Shown here: positions 37,956-47,324 of the stretch, one piece after another | How positions within the stretch are numbered: the first letter of the stretch is position 1 | How the letters are laid out: every line of letters starts with the position of its first letter | Source of the DNA: a virus | Length of the DNA: 64,000 nt | Strand: one strand, 5' to 3' | Virus record (IMG/VR): IMGVR_UViG_3300045256_000135 | Coordinates: 119,245-183,244 of that record | Made by a program: the position numbers and the translations under genes | Notes under the pieces: model-generated | Seen by the model: only the letters and a program-made list of their open reading frames with translations | Database searches by the model: none | Told to the model about the DNA's origin: nothing

Positions 37956-39331
37956 TGGACGTTAAGCCGTTTGCCGATCCAGATCTGGAAGAGACATTCT
38001 TGTCAGCTGTAGCTCAAGGACACGAGTCTGCCAAATCCGTGTTGAGCATCGTTAAACCAGAGCACTTTGACACTCCGACATATCGTTGGTTTCTTGAGGT
38101 TATCAAGCAGCGTTCTGATTCAGTGCCGACGAAAGGCATGCTGATTCAGATCGTTGACGATACGTTTAAGGTGAAAGATGAGCAGGACAAGTACAAGCTG
38201 TCCCTGTCTCGTTTGTATTCGCTGAATATCGAGCAGGGTGCATCTGATGCCGTTTTGACTTACAAGAGGTTCATTTCGCTTCAGCAGACAAGTACAGCTA
38301 TCAAGCGGTTTTACGACGATTACGGCAGAACAAGGAAGCTAGAGTTCGCACTTCGAGATCTCGAACTTGGCTTGGCGGACGCGAAGGAGGCTCTGTCCAC
38401 TAAGCAGCTTCAGGTAGTAGACTTCGCCAAGACATTCAAAGAGCGAGAGGCCGTACGAAAGTACAAGCGAGACAATCCGGATCTGTTCCCTAGGATGCGA
38501 TTCGGTATACCAAAGCTTGATGCACAGTTGAAGTGTGAATTCGGAACAGTAACGCAATTCCTTGCACCAATGAAGCGGTACAAGTCAGTGATCCTAGCCA
38601 CAGGTGCATTCGCTTCTGTATTGCAAGGGTTTAACACTGTTCTAGTCGTTGTTGAGAACTCCATCGAACTGACCATGAATCGGCTGGATTCGATGTTCAC
38701 TTCGATCAATTACGATCGAGTTGTCAACTACTTGAAAGACTCACAAGAGCGAAAGCACGTTGACCAGCTGTTTGAGAAGATCGACAAGTGGCCACAGCGA
38801 CTGAAGGTGATCAAAGGCAATCCGAACGAGCTTACCATCCCCGACTTGGATCGAGAACTACGGAGACTCGAACGAGAAGAGGGGTTCACCGCTGAAGTCA
38901 AAATCATCGATTACTTGAACCTGATGAAGGCGTCTACAGCAGTACAACGTGACAATGACGAGCAAACCGAAATCTGTTGGGATATGCAGAAGTCTGCGAA
39001 GGATCCAAGCAGGCCTTCGATCTTCATCACCGCCTCTCAGGCGAACATGGCTGGCGCAGAGATCGATAAAGACGGAAAGCCGGTGAAGGTTCGTCAGCAC
39101 CACCAAGGAAGATCGATTGGTATTGCTCAGGCTGTAGACAATTCAATCGGTATCGACGTTGAGTATACAAAGGGACAAGATGGTTCAGCTGCTCCGCCGA
39201 ACATTATCTTGAGTCCGTTGTTCTTTAGAGACGGATCGATCATGTACCCCGAGGTTCGTCTAGTTAGCGAAATCGATCGGATGTGTATTGACCGATCGAT
39301 CAACAAGCTCTGGGAAGAAGCAGAGTGGTAA
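37955..39331 (+). CDS. dnaB: DnaB-like replicative helicase
   Basis: FGIPKLDAQL, atypical Walker A APMKRYKS, VVENS, IIDYLNLM, ITASQAN. Confidence 0.8.
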   Translation: MDVKPFADPDLEETFLSAVAQGHESAKSVLSIVKPEHFDTPTYRWFLEVIKQRSDSVPTKGMLIQIVDDTFKVKDEQDKYKLSLSRLYSLNIEQGASDAVLTYKRFISLQQTSTAIKRFYDDYGRTRKLEFALRDLELGLADAKEALSTKQLQVVDFAKTFKEREAVRKYKRDNPDLFPRMRFGIPKLDAQLKCEFGTVTQFLAPMKRYKSVILATGAFASVLQGFNTVLVVVENSIELTMNRLDSMFTSINYDRVVNYLKDSQERKHVDQLFEKIDKWPQRLKVIKGNPNELTIPDLDRELRRLEREEGFTAEVKIIDYLNLMKASTAVQRDNDEQTEICWDMQKSAKDPSRPSIFITASQANMAGAEIDKDGKPVKVRQHHQGRSIGIAQAVDNSIGIDVEYTKGQDGSAAPPNIILSPLFFRDGSIMYPEVRLVSEIDRMCIDRSINKLWEEAEW

Positions 39332-39412
39332 ATACACTCTTTCTCATTCCACGGCTTGTGTACATTATCATCGCTAGCTCTCTTAGCTTTGTAACCTGAA
39401 CGGAGCAGAACA

Positions 39413-40126
39413 ATGACCAAAGCAGCACTCGTAGCGTACGTTCTCAAAGCAATGATGTCTTGGAGTCCGGTGTCTCAGCATACTCCAGCAGAGAAGCAGG
39501 AAGATGCTGAAGCACGGTACAAGTCAATTGCTGAGGACATCGCTGAAGTCGCAATGGATCCGATCGAATCAGTTGCACCAGTGGACCTTAGATCAGTCGA
39601 CGGAAGAGTTTTGGTTCAGTCGAGTGATGCTAAGAATGCAATCCTAGTGGCTGCAGTTGCTAGTCTTGAGACAAATTTCGCAAAGTTTGTCGATGATGGC
39701 ACGTGCAACCAACCAGGGTACAAGCCTGATGCACGAGGTTCGTGCGACGGTCGAAATGCGTGGACGATGTGGCAGTTGCACACAATGGGTGGGATCGTAA
39801 TTCGTGGTGACGAGATTGTGGGTCGTGCCTACGCCACTCCAGAAGAGCTTGCCAATCCATCGCTCTTGTGGACTGGTCCTAAGCTAGTTGCCGATCGGAA
39901 GGGAGCTGCTCGAGTGGCTCTCCACGAGATGCGTTACTCAATGCGGAGAACAAAAACTCTGTGCCTCTACGCAGGTGAGACCGATCGAGAGCATCCCGGT
40001 TCGTGTCGAGTTGTATGCTCGGGATCACCAGAAAAGTGCGTGGTGGCGATTCCGCTGGCAACTGCCAGATTGTCGAGGGCTGTGTCCTACTTGGCACAGA
40101 ATCCAGTTGAAGTGTCGGAGATTTGA
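39413..40126 (+). CDS. Putative lysozyme-like / lytic transglycosylase-like protein
   Basis: Hydrophobic N-terminus; VAAVASLETNF...TMWQL resembles the SLT ES-x-F...GLMQL motifs. Confidence 0.45.
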   Translation: MTKAALVAYVLKAMMSWSPVSQHTPAEKQEDAEARYKSIAEDIAEVAMDPIESVAPVDLRSVDGRVLVQSSDAKNAILVAAVASLETNFAKFVDDGTCNQPGYKPDARGSCDGRNAWTMWQLHTMGGIVIRGDEIVGRAYATPEELANPSLLWTGPKLVADRKGAARVALHEMRYSMRRTKTLCLYAGETDREHPGSCRVVCSGSPEKCVVAIPLATARLSRAVSYLAQNPVEVSEI

Positions 40127-40171
40127 GAAAGTCTCTGGTATATAGACGAACATACGCCCTAAGGAGGCAAT

Positions 40172-40543
40172 ATGTCTGGTAGAGATCAGTTGGTTGTTAA
40201 GGTGAATGAGAAGATCAAGAGTGACCCTGGGCTTGAGTCACTTAAGCCCCAGCACGTTGATCTTCTGTCCGAGGCCATTGTTGAGATGGTCAAGGGTGGA
40301 GATCGTGTCACTCTGCAAGGGTTCGGTTCGTTTTTCCGGCGTCCTCAGGCTGCTCGGGTAGCTCGCAACCCGAAGACTGGTGAGCCGATTCAAGTGTCTG
40401 CTCGGGTCCGATTGGATTTCCAAGCAACAGTGCCTGCTTTCGACCTGACCGACGAAGAGACGGCCAAGCTTGCAAAGGCGGCGGCGAAGGCCGCAGCTCC
40501 CGCTAAGCCAGCGCCTGCTCCCGCCAAGAAGGCCACGAAGTAA
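40172..40543 (+). CDS. HU/IHF-family DNA-binding protein with Ala/Lys/Pro-rich tail
   Basis: VTLQGFGSF...ARVARNPKTGEPIQV; strong TAAGGAGG SD. Confidence 0.92.
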   Translation: MSGRDQLVVKVNEKIKSDPGLESLKPQHVDLLSEAIVEMVKGGDRVTLQGFGSFFRRPQAARVARNPKTGEPIQVSARVRLDFQATVPAFDLTDEETAKLAKAAAKAAAPAKPAPAPAKKATK

Positions 40544-40555
40544 GACTGTTTTCCC

Positions 40556-40610
40556 CAACCCGGAGTTGACTAGGTGCCCCTACCACTGATGTCCTCCGGG
40601 TTGTTTTTTT
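40556..40610 (+). terminator. Intrinsic terminator
   Basis: CAACCCGGAG...CTCCGGGTTG stem followed by T7, right after the HU gene. Confidence 0.8.
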
Positions 40611-40619
40611 GAGATTGTA

Positions 40620-40655
40620 CTTGATTTCTTTTGTAGAGATCATTAAGATAGGTCT
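40620..40655 (+). promoter_or_regulatory. Diverged copy 7 of the repeated promoter (leaderless)
   Basis: C-TTGATT(40621)-17-TAAGAT(40644)-6 nt-ATG(40656). Confidence 0.65.
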
Positions 40656-40955
40656 ATGGAAGAAGCGAAGATCAGATGCGCCAATGTTCTGAGCCCTGAT
40701 CAGTGCGGAATCAGTACCGGGGTCTGTGAACGCTTGACCGTTGGCCACGGTAGGCTGTCGTTCCACGGGTACTGGGAGTTCCCATGCCTCGCCTGCGCAA
40801 AGCGAATTGGTGCGAACCCAAAGCTGGCTCAATACGGTGTTTGGCCAGCAAGTGAGGAAGAGGCAAAACCAGGCGATCCAGCACTTTATGATGAAGAGGA
40901 TGAGAGGTGGGCATCGTACGGAGATGAGTGCTGGACTGATTTGGAGTTAGACTGA
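40656..40955 (+). CDS. Hypothetical Cys-containing protein
   Basis: 99-aa ORF at the promoter ATG. Confidence 0.6.
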   Translation: MEEAKIRCANVLSPDQCGISTGVCERLTVGHGRLSFHGYWEFPCLACAKRIGANPKLAQYGVWPASEEEAKPGDPALYDEEDERWASYGDECWTDLELD

Positions 40956-41035
40956 TGCAAGCACATGATGCTGCGATTGAGCTAGCTGACTACCTTGATA
41001 GTCTTCGCTCGGCTTCGTCTGAGATGCTAGAATGA
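40955..41035 (+). CDS. 26-aa mini-ORF coupling to primase
   Basis: MQAHDAAIELADYLDSLRSASSEMLE; TGATG and ATGA overlaps fill the gap exactly. Confidence 0.4.
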   Translation: MQAHDAAIELADYLDSLRSASSEMLE

Positions 41036-41973
41036 ACGTTGAAGATTACATTTCCCACCACCCTCGCCTCAATCTCAGAGGAGGTGGAACTCGAGGTGAG
41101 TATCGGGGGCACTGCCCGTTCCATCCAGGTGGCGATTACGACTGTTTTGCGATTAACGTAGAAACGGGACAGTGGTTGTGTAGAGCCTCCTCTTGTGGCC
41201 TTCGAGGTTCATTCCCGCTTTTCTACAAGTTGCTGGAAGGAATCCAATCGTGGAAGGAGGTGCAGTCAAAGCTTGGGTTGCACCGCCCGCTGAAGAGTTA
41301 CGCTGAGCTCCTTGACTTTCAAACCAAGCTTAGTGCCGTTCGAGTCTCTGAGGTGCGATATCAGGAGCTTCCAGTGACTCAGGTACCCGTCACTGCAGAG
41401 AACTTCCCTCCGTACCTTCGCTACGAACGAAGATATGATGAAACCCTGCTTAACCTTGGGTTTGATCTCAGAATTGGAACTAGTGGCAGTGTTCTGAATC
41501 GATTGGTTATACCGTTCTACGACATGGACAATCGGTTGTGTACATGGACAGCTAGATCCATGGACCCAAACAATTCGCTTAGGTACACATTCCCTGAAGG
41601 AGCGACTACAGATCAGTTTCTTTTTGGTCTGCACCGCTTGAACCAGGTAGATAAGCTTCGCCGCATTTTCTTGGTTGAAGGGCAGTTTGACGTATTCCGC
41701 TTGGCAACGTTTGGTGAGGTAGCACTGGGCATCTCGACAGCTAAGCTATCCAACGCCCAAGTTCTTCTGCTAAAGAAAGTATTCGACTTGTTCTGCGTTC
41801 CTGTATGGGTCTGCTTGGACGCTACTGCACAAGTATCTGCTAGAAACGTCTGGCTGGAGCTTCGTTCAGTAGGGGTGAAGTCAAAGCAGGTGGACATCTC
41901 TGAATTCGCTAAAGATCCAGATGAGCTTACTTTCGAGCGATTCAAGCAGTTCACACGTAGGTACGAGGTTTAG
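41032..41973 (+). CDS. dnaG: DNA primase (CHC2 zinc finger + TOPRIM)
   Basis: CPFH...C...C, RLVIPF, LVEGQFD, CLD, KDPDE. Confidence 0.9.
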   Translation: MNVEDYISHHPRLNLRGGGTRGEYRGHCPFHPGGDYDCFAINVETGQWLCRASSCGLRGSFPLFYKLLEGIQSWKEVQSKLGLHRPLKSYAELLDFQTKLSAVRVSEVRYQELPVTQVPVTAENFPPYLRYERRYDETLLNLGFDLRIGTSGSVLNRLVIPFYDMDNRLCTWTARSMDPNNSLRYTFPEGATTDQFLFGLHRLNQVDKLRRIFLVEGQFDVFRLATFGEVALGISTAKLSNAQVLLLKKVFDLFCVPVWVCLDATAQVSARNVWLELRSVGVKSKQVDISEFAKDPDELTFERFKQFTRRYEV

Positions 41974-41976
41974 GTC

Positions 41977-42231
41977 ATGGGTACAGAACCAAGATTGATG
42001 AGTGACATGTTCTCAATTCGCCAAGCGGCGGCCATTCTGAACAGATCAGCTTACGCTATATGGTATCATGCCACTCATCATTATGATGAAAAGCCTGTTA
42101 GGGGTCGCAACATCTTGCTTCACCGCGACATGTTGATCGACATTGTACAGAATCACTTGCGACTCAAGGACAATGAGTCGAAGCAAGAGCTGATCGAACG
42201 TGTAAAAACTGCAGTCTCTGGATCAGATTGA
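41977..42231 (+). CDS. Small HTH DNA-binding protein
   Basis: FSIRQAAAILNRSAYAIW excisionase/MerR-like HTH. Confidence 0.65.
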   Translation: MGTEPRLMSDMFSIRQAAAILNRSAYAIWYHATHHYDEKPVRGRNILLHRDMLIDIVQNHLRLKDNESKQELIERVKTAVSGSD

Positions 42232-43160
42232 CCAGAGACTCCAACGGCAGTAGGGAGCCAATGGACAAAAGCATTCTGGGTGAGTCATTCTTTGCACGGT
42301 TGGAAAAACAAGACAAAGAGTATGGAGAACAGGTCAGACGGTGGAGTCCCAAGGTCAACTTTCTCTCGTTTCAATTGCGGAAGTTGACTCATGAGCCGTT
42401 GCAGGACATCGTCAGTGAGTTTCTCGAGAAGATGTGGGTGGATGTTCAAGCGTTTCGAACACCACAGGTACGCTACGAAAAGAAGATCTACACGGTCTTG
42501 TCTGAGGACAATGGTCAGTTGCATCTTCGAAGAAGTGGTGTTGATCGAATCGTAGACAAGACTCTGATAGAGACGGTAAAGAAGCCGTCGATGTTCACAT
42601 ACGTATACGCGGGTATCGTGCAGTACTACTGCGACCGGTGCTCGCGTATGTTCACGTCAAAGAATGGCTATGTGGTAGATCCAGAGAAGCCATCATCCGA
42701 GGTGACGGTGGTCACCAAGCTAAAGCGTCAAGTGAAGACGAAGACGTTCCCAAACTACGTCAGAGTCGCTGGCATTCGAGCAAACATCATCAGTGACGAT
42801 GTGGATCTGGATCCACTGGACACTGTTCCGAATGAGTTGGGCACTCCTGAAGACCAGTTGGTGTACTGCGAACTTGTTGAGTTTGTTCGAGAGCGTTTGT
42901 CTGATCCAGCAAAGGAGCTGTTTAGCTTTCTGTTGCAAGAGAACGACGACTTCTCCACCCAGTCATCTCTGGTAATTCTAAATCATCAGACGCAGAAGCT
43001 GCAGGTTCCCATCATCAAAGCTGATAGGTCGTCTGCTGCGAAGTTTCTGCAGAAGTCTGCTGTTGACATCAAGCAGCTGTTCAACGAGATCATCTCGGCA
43101 TTTCCAGTGAGCTTTAAGGTGTTCGACCAGTTCAATCTCGCGACTAAGGGAGTTGTATGA
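42228..43160 (+). CDS. Divergent phage sigma factor (sigma70/ECF-like)
   Basis: QDIVSEFLEKMW...FTYVY (region 2-like); TPEDQL...RLSDPAKELF...AAKFLQKS (region 4-like). Confidence 0.55.
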   Translation: MTRDSNGSREPMDKSILGESFFARLEKQDKEYGEQVRRWSPKVNFLSFQLRKLTHEPLQDIVSEFLEKMWVDVQAFRTPQVRYEKKIYTVLSEDNGQLHLRRSGVDRIVDKTLIETVKKPSMFTYVYAGIVQYYCDRCSRMFTSKNGYVVDPEKPSSEVTVVTKLKRQVKTKTFPNYVRVAGIRANIISDDVDLDPLDTVPNELGTPEDQLVYCELVEFVRERLSDPAKELFSFLLQENDDFSTQSSLVILNHQTQKLQVPIIKADRSSAAKFLQKSAVDIKQLFNEIISAFPVSFKVFDQFNLATKGVV

Positions 43161-44383
43161 AGTTCTCAATCCTCGCTGATGTGCTTCGCCCACAGTTGAA
43201 CCGTTGCGCAAAGGTCGCAACTTTCGATACTGCGAATAGCAAATCTGGTGGCTTGAAGCCTATCTACGGTTACGTCCAATTGTCGGTAGACAACATGCTA
43301 CTGACAATGCGAGCTCAAGATCCCACGCTGCATTTCGAAGCTAGGGCAATTGTTTCGGCGATCGATTCACCCGGATCAGCTCTGGTTGAGTGTGATCGTC
43401 TGGTAAGCATCCTGAAAACAAGAGTCGACGGCTATCCGATCACGATGTGGGTGGAGGGTGAATTTCTCCATCTCAAGCAGGGTGAGTTTCAAGCCAAACT
43501 GCCTCTGCTAAAGAATGAAGAGATCCCTTCGTTGAACTTAGAGCAGCAGTACGACTTCAAGTTCGATTTCGAGCCCAAGATTCTCGAGTATACAAAGCGT
43601 TGCGGCAGTGTAGTCGAGGACGAGAAGTCTGATTCACCATTCAAGGGATTGCTATTCGACTTGTCGGAACAGGGTGTTCTTCGATTGGCTGGTTTGTCTT
43701 CTAGCCTTTGCCACATTGCTAGGTTCACCCTCCCTAACCATACCGAGAAGGACTTGATGAGGGTTGCAGTACCATTCAGAGCACTTCCATTGATTGAATC
43801 CCTGTCGGGTAATCTGCCGATGACGTTGGGTATCAACAAGCTTGATGGTCGTGTCTGCATCTCCTCTTCTGAATGCTCTATGAGCATTCGTTGCATCGAG
43901 GACACGTATCCGAAGACTTACGTTCAGTTTCTCGGATTTCATCGACAGGCGGAACACGTGTACCCATTGGCTAAGCTAGACGCTGATGGGAACATTGTGG
44001 CTGAGCAAACTAGAAACTGGATCAGGTTCAATCGCAACGACTTTCTGAACGCTCTGACATCCGCTTCTTGTCTCCTTGGCAAAGAGGACAATGCTGTTGA
44101 GTTGTCGATTAAGCAGAAGTTGCCAGATGGCAGGTTCATCGTTCAGCTAACAGGTTTGAATCGTTTCACTAAGGCTACGGCAGTAGAGAAGATTCTTGCT
44201 GACTCTGATCTGCCAGGTCTGTTGACGATAGGTCTGCATTTCGGGAAGCTGAAAGAGGCGCTTCGTCTCATGACTGAGGACACGTTCACAATGCTGGTTA
44301 TCGACAAGAATACTCCGGTAGTGCTTGTTGAGGACAAGCAGCAAGTGATGGCTAGTGTTAATGTTCCGCTGAGGTTGAGCTGA
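43157..44383 (+). CDS. dnaN: DNA sliding clamp (Pol III beta-like)
   Basis: MKFSI start, KPIYGYVQL, GSALV, YPKTY, FNRNDFLNAL, C-terminal VPLRL. Confidence 0.8.
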   Translation: MKFSILADVLRPQLNRCAKVATFDTANSKSGGLKPIYGYVQLSVDNMLLTMRAQDPTLHFEARAIVSAIDSPGSALVECDRLVSILKTRVDGYPITMWVEGEFLHLKQGEFQAKLPLLKNEEIPSLNLEQQYDFKFDFEPKILEYTKRCGSVVEDEKSDSPFKGLLFDLSEQGVLRLAGLSSSLCHIARFTLPNHTEKDLMRVAVPFRALPLIESLSGNLPMTLGINKLDGRVCISSSECSMSIRCIEDTYPKTYVQFLGFHRQAEHVYPLAKLDADGNIVAEQTRNWIRFNRNDFLNALTSASCLLGKEDNAVELSIKQKLPDGRFIVQLTGLNRFTKATAVEKILADSDLPGLLTIGLHFGKLKEALRLMTEDTFTMLVIDKNTPVVLVEDKQQVMASVNVPLRLS

Positions 44384-44928
44384 TGTCAACTAAGACTAGC
44401 GATGCAATCAAATTCCTGGCAAAGGTACTTACAGGTCACCAAGGATCTGAAGCCCTAAACAGACTTGCTAAGCAGTTGGTTTGCGGAGCAGCCAAGAGCA
44501 AAGGGTTTTGGGATCATTCAAACGACTCTTTGCAAGACGTGTACGACAGAGATTGGGTGGTACTTGGGTCGTTTAACGTCCTCACACGCTTCTCATTTCC
44601 AACAGGTTATGGGTCCTTCTCTTGGGATTTTGCAGGTGGTGTTAGTGAGGGTAAAGCGCTCTCAGGATACGCCTCGTCAAAAGGTCGACACTCAAAATGG
44701 GTAGGTGATGGGGCACGGAAGTTGTGGGAAGAGCTAAACATTACCGGGGTGGTTCTAGTTGGTTTTGACGAAGAGATCAGCTTCTACTACCTGACAGCGG
44801 AAGAGTTTCACGCTCTTGATAAGGATCGTTTGCTGTACAAGCCCGATTCACCTCAGCTGGTACAGTGGGCTAAGAATTGGGATCAGTTGTTGTTTCAACC
44901 AACATTTGCAAGTTTGATGGGAAAGTGA
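44383..44928 (+). CDS. Hypothetical protein (possible PD-(D/E)xK-like)
   Basis: 181 aa, coupled to dnaN; WDF....SEGK segment. Confidence 0.5.
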   Translation: MSTKTSDAIKFLAKVLTGHQGSEALNRLAKQLVCGAAKSKGFWDHSNDSLQDVYDRDWVVLGSFNVLTRFSFPTGYGSFSWDFAGGVSEGKALSGYASSKGRHSKWVGDGARKLWEELNITGVVLVGFDEEISFYYLTAEEFHALDKDRLLYKPDSPQLVQWAKNWDQLLFQPTFASLMGK

Positions 44929-44929
44929 A

Positions 44930-45409
44930 ATGCAAACAGTCACTGCTACTCGTCGCCTCGAGTTCGATTCAGCACACCGCTTGGTTCATCACAAGTCAAA
45001 GTGTGGAGCTCTGCATGGTCACAGATACCGGGTGGATGTGACCTGTGTCGCTCCAATTCTGTCAGATGGTATGGTGATCGATTTCTCTACCACCAAGGCA
45101 GTGTTTGGTTCGTGGCTTGACAGTGAGTTAGATCACACTGCGATTCTCAATGCGGAGGATAAGCAACTGATCGAAGTTGTGAACTTGGTGCATGCGAATG
45201 CTGGGAAGAAGCCAGTGCACGTAGTCAACTTTGAGCCAACCTCCGAGAATCTTGCTTTCTACTTTCAAGAGAAGGCGCAGGAGCTTCTCGAACCACACCG
45301 GGTGGTGGTATCAAGGGTTCGAGTGTTTGAGACGCCGAACTGCTGGTCCGACTCGGAGGTAAGTAGTTTGGTGTTGAACAAACTACTCTCTTCTATCATC
45401 AATCGGTGA
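44930..45409 (+). CDS. queD: 6-carboxy-5,6,7,8-tetrahydropterin synthase
   Basis: FDSAHRL, KCGALHGHRY, GMVIDF, LDH, PTSENLA, VFETP. Confidence 0.93.
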   Translation: MQTVTATRRLEFDSAHRLVHHKSKCGALHGHRYRVDVTCVAPILSDGMVIDFSTTKAVFGSWLDSELDHTAILNAEDKQLIEVVNLVHANAGKKPVHVVNFEPTSENLAFYFQEKAQELLEPHRVVVSRVRVFETPNCWSDSEVSSLVLNKLLSSIINR

Positions 45410-45413
45410 TCGA

Positions 45414-46142
45414 ATGACAGCTAAGTCTTCACTCCCTATTGCTTCTAGCAGTCTGGTGGTGCCAGTCACCGAATGCTACACAGATGTTCTGCAGGGCGAG
45501 GGGCCATCTGCTGGAACGTTCTGTTCGTTTTTAAGATTCACTGGATGTCACCGCTCATGCGACTGGTGTGATTCAACTCACACTTGGAAGAAGGGCGAGA
45601 TTCAGACAACCAAGCTGTCGTTGAGCAGCTTGTACGATACCCTGCACAAAGGGCGAGCAAGAAAGTTAGTCCTAACCGGTGGCGAACCACTGCTGCACCA
45701 AGATAAGCCCTACTTCAAAGAGCTGCTGAAGTGGCCAGGTTGGCAGTTCGAGATCGAGACAGAGGGAACGTTTGCTCCATCGCAACAGCTCCAAGAGCTT
45801 GCTGATGACTTTATTCTGAGGGTGAACTGCTCTCCGAAACTGTCGCACGCGGGCATGGGGGATTTGTCTGCAACCTATAAGCAGAGTTTGCCACGACTAC
45901 TCGAAATGCCTCTGACAATCCTGAAGTTTGTTGTCCGAAATGAAGCAGATGTTCAAGAGGCATGGGACCTGGCTTACGAGGTAGGTGCTAGCACTGCACA
46001 GGTCTACCTTATGCCAGAAGGGCAGACAAAGCAGGGACAGATTGATGCGATTGAAACTGTGTATGACTTGGCTGTGAAGTATGGGTTGAACTTCATGCCA
46101 AGACTACACGTGCTAAGGTGGGATAAGAAGAAGGGTGTGTAG
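45414..46142 (+). CDS. queE: 7-carboxy-7-deazaguanine synthase (radical SAM)
   Basis: LQGEGP, FLRFTGCHRSCDWCDS, LTGGEPLL, IETEGT, SPKL, PRLH. Confidence 0.93.
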   Translation: MTAKSSLPIASSSLVVPVTECYTDVLQGEGPSAGTFCSFLRFTGCHRSCDWCDSTHTWKKGEIQTTKLSLSSLYDTLHKGRARKLVLTGGEPLLHQDKPYFKELLKWPGWQFEIETEGTFAPSQQLQELADDFILRVNCSPKLSHAGMGDLSATYKQSLPRLLEMPLTILKFVVRNEADVQEAWDLAYEVGASTAQVYLMPEGQTKQGQIDAIETVYDLAVKYGLNFMPRLHVLRWDKKKGV

Positions 46143-46154
46143 GTAATTCAACCT

Positions 46155-46553
46155 ATGGATCTCTTCCCTGTAGTGTTCTCAGTCTCTGACTTTACGGAGA
46201 CATACACACCAGATCCGGTACAGACGCCAGTCTCACCCGCCTCCCACGAACGAATCTGTGATGTGGGGTTTCGATGTGAGTTTTGTTTGCGAATGTATCG
46301 TGTGAGTTTTACGGGAGGTGAGTGGCACTTTCCTGTGGAACAGGTATTTGTTACCAAAACTGGGCTTGAAGCGAGTCGGTGGGGCGGTGGTGATCCAGTT
46401 TGGCGGTGCCAGATTTGCGCTGCTAACGGTAGGTTAGTGACACGGTCTGGAATGATCACAGTGCCTCCAAAGGTTCCAGAAGCTACCGCCTCGGACGTCA
46501 AAAACAGAATTGGTAACACTGTCTTCTCAAAGGTTCAGTCGATAAAATGGTGA
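46155..46553 (+). CDS. Zinc-ribbon protein
   Basis: CEFC...CQIC. Confidence 0.6.
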   Translation: MDLFPVVFSVSDFTETYTPDPVQTPVSPASHERICDVGFRCEFCLRMYRVSFTGGEWHFPVEQVFVTKTGLEASRWGGGDPVWRCQICAANGRLVTRSGMITVPPKVPEATASDVKNRIGNTVFSKVQSIKW

Positions 46554-46557
46554 CCAG

Positions 46558-47316
46558 ATGAGTTTCGTGCCGAAAATCGCTCCGAAAATCCCTCTTTCTC
46601 TCCCAGTGTTGCAGGAGGTGAATGCGTTCTCAAGACTAAACTTGGAGCCATCACGGACTGCGACAACCGCCTGCTTTTCGAATCCAGTGATGGATGCGTT
46701 CCTTTGCCATCCGTCTGACGAGAATGCAAAGAGCCCGAACCCGAACGATCCATACTGCGCCATTCACTGGATCTGCAAGGTGTACTTTGCGGCTCGTTTG
46801 GGTGTTGGAATCCCAGAGGGTGGCACGTATGATTTCGAGAAGTCTAAGAACTACGCTAGAAAGCTAACGTACTCAGGACTCGTCAAAGCGATCAAGGCCA
46901 AGCTAAAGGGCGAGCCAGAGCCGGCTGGACTCGAACTTGAAGCGGTTGCTGAAGCTACCGAGGAAGACAAGAAGATTCTCGAAGAGAAGAAGGCTGAAGA
47001 ACCTGCTAAGAAGGTGGTTGCCCCAAAGCAAGCTCCTAGTACTAAGGTAGCATCTCCACCCAAGGTAGAGACAAAGCCAGAAACGGCTAATGGTAGTCCA
47101 GCTCCTTCCACAGGATCAGTTCCTGCAGCTTATCAACCAGGATCCATGGGTCACTTCATCCTGTCGCAACTTCAAACCACTACCACGGTTGAGAAGCTGT
47201 GGGCCTTGGTTGAGGCGAAAGGGTGGAAGTCGAAGCCACGGTTTGATAAGCAGCTTGCTGCTATGACGACTGAGGGTAGAATCAAGATCGACGGTGGTAA
47301 CGTCTCAGCTTCGTGA
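46558..47316 (+). CDS. Hypothetical protein: 4-Cys N-domain, low-complexity linker, winged-helix-like C-terminus
   Basis: C-x10-C-x16-C-x5-C; Lys/Glu/Pro linker; ...AMTTEGRIKIDGG terminus. Confidence 0.55.
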   Translation: MSFVPKIAPKIPLSLPVLQEVNAFSRLNLEPSRTATTACFSNPVMDAFLCHPSDENAKSPNPNDPYCAIHWICKVYFAARLGVGIPEGGTYDFEKSKNYARKLTYSGLVKAIKAKLKGEPEPAGLELEAVAEATEEDKKILEEKKAEEPAKKVVAPKQAPSTKVASPPKVETKPETANGSPAPSTGSVPAAYQPGSMGHFILSQLQTTTTVEKLWALVEAKGWKSKPRFDKQLAAMTTEGRIKIDGGNVSAS

Positions 47317-47324
47317 GGTGAACT

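Noticed and set aside
41305-41320. GAGCTCCTTGACTTTC inside primase, resembling the promoter repeat
   Set aside because: Only the upstream half matches, with no -10 or ATG at the right distance; probably chance.
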